DNA of 22,277 nt, taken from assembly GCA_031370645.1 (NCBI GenBank), contig JANMQV010000166.1:1-22277 (forward strand), written 5' to 3'. A program made the position numbers and the translations under genes. Numbering within the stretch: position 1 is the stretch's first letter; each line of letters opens with the position of its first letter. Positions 18,617 to 22,277 of the stretch are shown in pieces. Source of the DNA: Candidatus Eiseniibacteriota bacterium (GTDB taxonomy: Bacteria; Eisenbacteria; RBG-16-71-46; SZUA-252). The notes under the pieces were generated by a model. That model was not told the DNA's origin and searched no databases. It worked only from the letters and a program-made list of their open reading frames with translations.

Positions 18617-19270
18617 TTAATCGTACCCCGTCGCCGAAAGCGCGACGATCACGACCGCAATGAGAACGACGAATCCCACACCTCCCGCGGCGCCGAGATA
18701 GGAGCCGCCCTTCACGCCGAGATGCCACGTCGTGACGCCCTTGGGGGCGAGCGTCCCGTCTAGGCGCATCGGTTCGATCGTGCCGGTCCAATGCTGGCCC
18801 CGGAGCGTGAACGTGAAGATGTCCGCCGTCGAGATGCCGATTTCAGCCCATGGCGCGGCCGCTCCGAACCCGCCGCCCGGATCGACCGATCCCAGAACGT
18901 CGACGCCCACCGTGAGATCGGAGGCGATGTCCTGGGCGAGCCAACGCCGGTAGCGGACACCGGGGCCGAATCCGACCCAATCTCCACCGGCGCCGAGGTG
19001 GACCAATCCGCCGATGGCCGAGCGCTCGTTACGGTTCTTCATGTATCCCAGATCGACGGTCAGGAAGAGACCTCGTTGGCGATACGGCTGCGCGTCGCGA
19101 TTCAGCAGGTAATGCGCGCCGAACTCCGTGATGAGGAACGACCGGCATTCGGGGAGCGGGCGGCCGCGCCAGAAGAATCGGCCGACGCGCGTGGAGTCGT
19201 GATCGCCGGCCGTGGCGGCCGACGCGAGAAGAAGGAGCAGAACCGGAAAAACAAAACGGGCGACGCGCAT
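18617..19270 (-). CDS. Secreted or membrane hypothetical protein, beta-barrel-like with a C-terminal hydrophobic helix
   Basis: Start at ATG 19270 with SD GGAGG gives signal peptide MRVARFVFPVLLLLLASAATA; paralog of 16760-17686. Confidence 0.72.
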   Translation of the reverse strand: MRVARFVFPVLLLLLASAATAGDHDSTRVGRFFWRGRPLPECRSFLITEFGAHYLLNRDAQPYRQRGLFLTVDLGYMKNRNERSAIGGLVHLGAGGDWVGFGPGVRYRRWLAQDIASDLTVGVDVLGSVDPGGGFGAAAPWAEIGISTADIFTFTLRGQHWTGTIEPMRLDGTLAPKGVTTWHLGVKGGSYLGAAGGVGFVVLIAVVIVALSATGYD

Positions 19271-19316
19271 GATCCCTCCGCGCGCCGCCCGGATGCGGGA
19301 AACCGATGCCGCCGGT

Positions 19317-19874
19317 CTAGACGCGCTCGACGAACGATCCATCGCGCGTATCGATCTTGACCCGATCGCCGACGGACATGTGCTGCGGGACTTTCACCAT
19401 GTGCCCGGTATTCAGTTTCGCCGGCTTCGGCGACGAGGAGACGGTGGCGCCCTTCATGACCGGATCGGTCTCGATGATCTCGAGTTCCACGAACATCGGG
19501 AGATCGACCGCGACGGGCCGACCCTCATAGTACGACATCTCGACCGTCATCCCCTCCACCATGAACGAGACGGCCTCGCCGATCTCCTCGGCGGTGAGAT
19601 TCACCATCTCGTAGTTCTCCGTGTTCATGAAGGTGAAGTCTTCGCCGCTCCGGTAGAGATACTGAAGCGGGTGGTGCTCCAGGTCGGCGCGGTCCACCTT
19701 GTCTTCCGACCGGAACCGGTGCTCCGCCTGCGAGCCCGTGACGAGATTCACCATCTTGGTCTGCACCATGCCGCGCCAGTTTCCCGGCGTGACGTGGATG
19801 ACGTTCACCACCCGGCACGGGTTGCCGTTGTGCAGGATGACCATTCCGACTTTCATTTGCGTGGCAGGAATCAC
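19317..19874 (-). CDS. efp: Translation elongation factor P
   Basis: GTG 19874 with SD AGGAG gives 185 aa; HVTPGNWRG, QYLY, FMNTENYE, KGAT, KPAKLNTG, VP and IDTRDGSFVER motifs. Confidence 0.96.
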   Translation of the reverse strand: MIPATQMKVGMVILHNGNPCRVVNVIHVTPGNWRGMVQTKMVNLVTGSQAEHRFRSEDKVDRADLEHHPLQYLYRSGEDFTFMNTENYEMVNLTAEEIGEAVSFMVEGMTVEMSYYEGRPVAVDLPMFVELEIIETDPVMKGATVSSSPKPAKLNTGHMVKVPQHMSVGDRVKIDTRDGSFVERV

Positions 19875-19915
19875 GACCAGAATCTCCTCGGTTAGCGTCT
19901 TCGTGGAAGCCCGAA

Positions 19916-19944
19916 AGTATAGAGGAGAAATGGAGGTCGCGCAA
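19916..19944 (-). promoter_or_regulatory. Putative sigma70 promoter of efp
   Basis: Minus strand TTGCGC-17 nt-TATACT. Confidence 0.75.
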
Positions 19945-19977
19945 CCCGCCCCAGGGACATCGCCCGCGCGGCAAGGG

Positions 19978-21234
19978 TCACGCGTAGCGGTCGGGGCGAA
20001 GGAGCGCGGGGTCGAACGATGGCGGTTCCCCGAGCAAGAGTTGCGCAAGCAACTGACCCGTGGCGGGCGCCATGCTGAGTCCCATCATCGCGTGCCCCGC
20101 GGCCACGCCGAGATTCTCGTAGCGCCGGGCCTTCCCCACATAGGGGAGGCCGTCGGGCGAGCAGGGACGAAGCCCGCACCACGCCTTCACGCCCACGAAG
20201 TCCGCGTCGCCGAACGCCGGCAGAAATTGGCGGAGCGATTTCTGAATTCCACGCAGCCGGGCGGGATTGATCGAAAGATCGTGGCCGGTCAGTTCCATCG
20301 TTCCGCCCACTCGAAGCGTGCTCCCCATCGGCGTGAGCGCCACGCGAGCCTCGTGGAGGAGCACCGAGCGGCGGATTCGCTCGCGCGGGCGGGGCATCGT
20401 CATGCTGTAGCCCTTCCCCGGCTCCATCGGCAAGCGGACGCCGAGTTGCCGCGCCAGGAGCCCCGACCAGGAGCCGGCGGCGATCACGAACGCGTCCGCT
20501 TCGATCTCTCCCTGCGCCGTGCGCGCCGCGCGAACCGCGTGCCCCTCCGTCCGCCAGCCGGTCAATTCGGCGTTCCAGACGAACCGAGCGCCCGATTCCG
20601 TGACCCAGCGCTCCAGCGTGTTCACAAACCGCTGCGGCGTCACGTGGGCGTCGAGCGGATAGTAAACACCACCGACGATATCGAGCGTGAGGTCGGGCTC
20701 GAGCGCCGAAACACCCTTCGCGTCGAGCACTTCGACCGGCTGGCCGAGTTCCTTCGCGCGCTCCGCGACCCTCGACTCCTCCTCCAAACCCCGTTCGGTT
20801 CGAACGAGATTGAGCGACCCCTCCGTCACGAGCTCGAAATCGTTTCCGGCCCGCTCCGCCATGCGGATGAAGAGTTCCCGGCTCCGCATCGTCAGTTCCT
20901 GTATCACCGGCCCCGCGGCGCGGGCGCGCGAGGGAGTGGCCGCGCGCCAGAAGCGCCAGGCCCACGAGAGGAAATGGGGATCGAGGCGGGGATGAACGTA
21001 GAAGGGGCTCTCGGGATCGCCGAGCCAGCCAAATGCCTTCTGGACGATTCCGGGAGAAGCGAGCGGGAAGACATGACTCGGCGAAACATAGCCGGCGTTT
21101 CCAAGCGAGCAGGAGTCGCGATCGGGGCCGCCTCGTTCCAGAACGGTGACGCGGCAGCCCCGTTCTTGAAGCGCCTGGGCGCACGAAAGGCCAACGACTC
21201 CTGACCCGACGACGACGACGTGGCGTGGATTCAT
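19978..21234 (-). CDS. FAD-dependent D-amino acid dehydrogenase/oxidase (DadA/DAO family)
   Basis: VVGSGVVG, SLGNAG, PLASPG, AAGSWS, PGKGYS, GLRPCSPDGLPYVG and GHAMMGLSMAPATG motifs. Confidence 0.9.
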   Translation of the reverse strand: MNPRHVVVVGSGVVGLSCAQALQERGCRVTVLERGGPDRDSCSLGNAGYVSPSHVFPLASPGIVQKAFGWLGDPESPFYVHPRLDPHFLSWAWRFWRAATPSRARAAGPVIQELTMRSRELFIRMAERAGNDFELVTEGSLNLVRTERGLEEESRVAERAKELGQPVEVLDAKGVSALEPDLTLDIVGGVYYPLDAHVTPQRFVNTLERWVTESGARFVWNAELTGWRTEGHAVRAARTAQGEIEADAFVIAAGSWSGLLARQLGVRLPMEPGKGYSMTMPRPRERIRRSVLLHEARVALTPMGSTLRVGGTMELTGHDLSINPARLRGIQKSLRQFLPAFGDADFVGVKAWCGLRPCSPDGLPYVGKARRYENLGVAAGHAMMGLSMAPATGQLLAQLLLGEPPSFDPALLRPDRYA

Positions 21235-21241
21235 CGGGGCG

Positions 21242-21751
21242 CTAGTCGTGATCTCCGTCTTTGTCGCCCGATGAATCTACCGTGGCGGGTGATTCGCCTC
21301 CGCCCGGCGTCTTCCCCGCCGCGGCGGGGGCGCTGACGTGTCCGGCGCCGTGGATGAAGACCAGCTTCCCGCCCAGATGCCCCGTCCGGACAACTGCGGC
21401 GGCCGCCATGACGGCGATGAGCGCGGCGAGCCATTCACCGCGCCGTTTGGCGTGCGTCGCCCACGCGAGGAGCGAGGAGAGACCGAGGAGGCCGAGAACC
21501 CAGAGGCTCGACTCTTCGTGCTCATCAACCGCGGCCTCGGGAACGTGCGCCTTCTCGGCCCGGTCCCCGGCGCTCTGTCCGCTGAAATAGGCGGCCACGG
21601 CGCCGAGTAGCGCGATAGTCAGGAGCATCGGCGCGAACCACCGGAGCCATTCCTTGCGGAAGGTCAGGTAGACGACGGCGAACAGCGCGCCAACGACGCC
21701 GAGCGCAATCGGAAAATGAACCAGTGCCGGGTGAAGCTCGAGTCCGAACAT
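21242..21751 (-). CDS. DUF2231-like four-helix membrane protein
   Basis: LHPALVHFPIAL, HEE and TGHLGGKLVF motifs with four hydrophobic segments. Confidence 0.8.
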   Translation of the reverse strand: MFGLELHPALVHFPIALGVVGALFAVVYLTFRKEWLRWFAPMLLTIALLGAVAAYFSGQSAGDRAEKAHVPEAAVDEHEESSLWVLGLLGLSSLLAWATHAKRRGEWLAALIAVMAAAAVVRTGHLGGKLVFIHGAGHVSAPAAAGKTPGGGESPATVDSSGDKDGDHD

Positions 21752-21778
21752 CTTCCTCCTTCTGGCTCCCCTTTGCCG

Positions 21779-22276
21779 CTAGAGCCCGTACGCCCGCCTC
21801 AAGATGGCCATGGGGTGGACGACGGGCCGTTTCAGCCCGTTCGCGATCTGAATATTGCACGTACCGCAGCCCGTGAGCACGTATTCGGGCGCGGCGCGGC
21901 GGATCTCGGCGAATAGCGGATCGCCGATCGCCTGCGCGCGATCGTAATTTTCGGCGCGCATCCCGTAGGTCCCCGCGATGCCGCAGCAGGAGTCTTCGAT
22001 CGGGCGGACTTCGACCCCGGGGATGAGCCTCAAGAGCCGAACCGGATCCTCGCCGATCCCCTGCGCGACCGAGTGACACGCTTGATGATAGACGACCGAC
22101 ATCGGCGTCGGACGGAAGTCGGTGCGAAGTTCCCCTCGCTCGTGGAGTTTCCAGAGGTATTGGTGGACGTCGAGCGTCGCATCGGAGACGCGGCGCGACG
22201 CTTCGTCGCCAAGAATTCGCGGGTAATCCTCGATCAACGCGAGACCGCACGACGGGGCGCTCGCCACGATGGTGAA
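21779..22276 (-). CDS. CCG-domain Fe-S oxidoreductase (GlpC/HdrB-like), C-terminal part
   Basis: SAPSCG, YHQACH, SCCGIAGTYG and TGCGTCNIQI motifs; the frame stays open to the window edge. Confidence 0.88.
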   Translation of the reverse strand, partial: FTIVASAPSCGLALIEDYPRILGDEASRRVSDATLDVHQYLWKLHERGELRTDFRPTPMSVVYHQACHSVAQGIGEDPVRLLRLIPGVEVRPIEDSCCGIAGTYGMRAENYDRAQAIGDPLFAEIRRAAPEYVLTGCGTCNIQIANGLKRPVVHPMAILRRAYGL

Positions 22277-22277
22277 A

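Noticed and set aside
19317-21234. D-amino acid dehydrogenase as an EF-P modifying enzyme
   Set aside because: efp has its own promoter between the two genes, the enzyme looks like an ordinary DadA/DAO-family member, and adjacency is the only link.

Overview
GC-rich bacterial chromosome segment from a diderm, judging by its outer-membrane beta-barrels and lipoproteins. I see no mobile element, CRISPR array, tRNA or rRNA. Left half, minus strand: a tightly coupled housekeeping operon (valS, DUF4139-type secreted protein, uvrB, nadC, birA, nrdR, tatC, coaX), then a groEL with its own promoter and CIRCE operator but no groES upstream. Middle: a divergent pair (FadL/PorV/TraF-like outer-membrane protein plus lipoprotein), a TPR lipoprotein, and a four-gene plus-strand operon. 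That operon encodes an HD phosphohydrolase, a divergent FolE-like protein, a GT2 glycosyltransferase and a TrxB-like flavoprotein lacking CxxC. Right, minus strand: a truncated CCG-domain Fe-S oxidoreductase, a DUF2231-like membrane protein, a D-amino acid dehydrogenase, EF-P with a PGNW tip, and two paralogous uncharacterised beta-strand proteins flanking an alpha/beta hydrolase. The best candidate for an undescribed system is the HD/FolE-like/GT2/TrxB-like operon. Its FolE-like protein keeps the Zn and guanine sites but has lost several triphosphate-binding residues. All calls come from motif recognition by eye; no searches were run.
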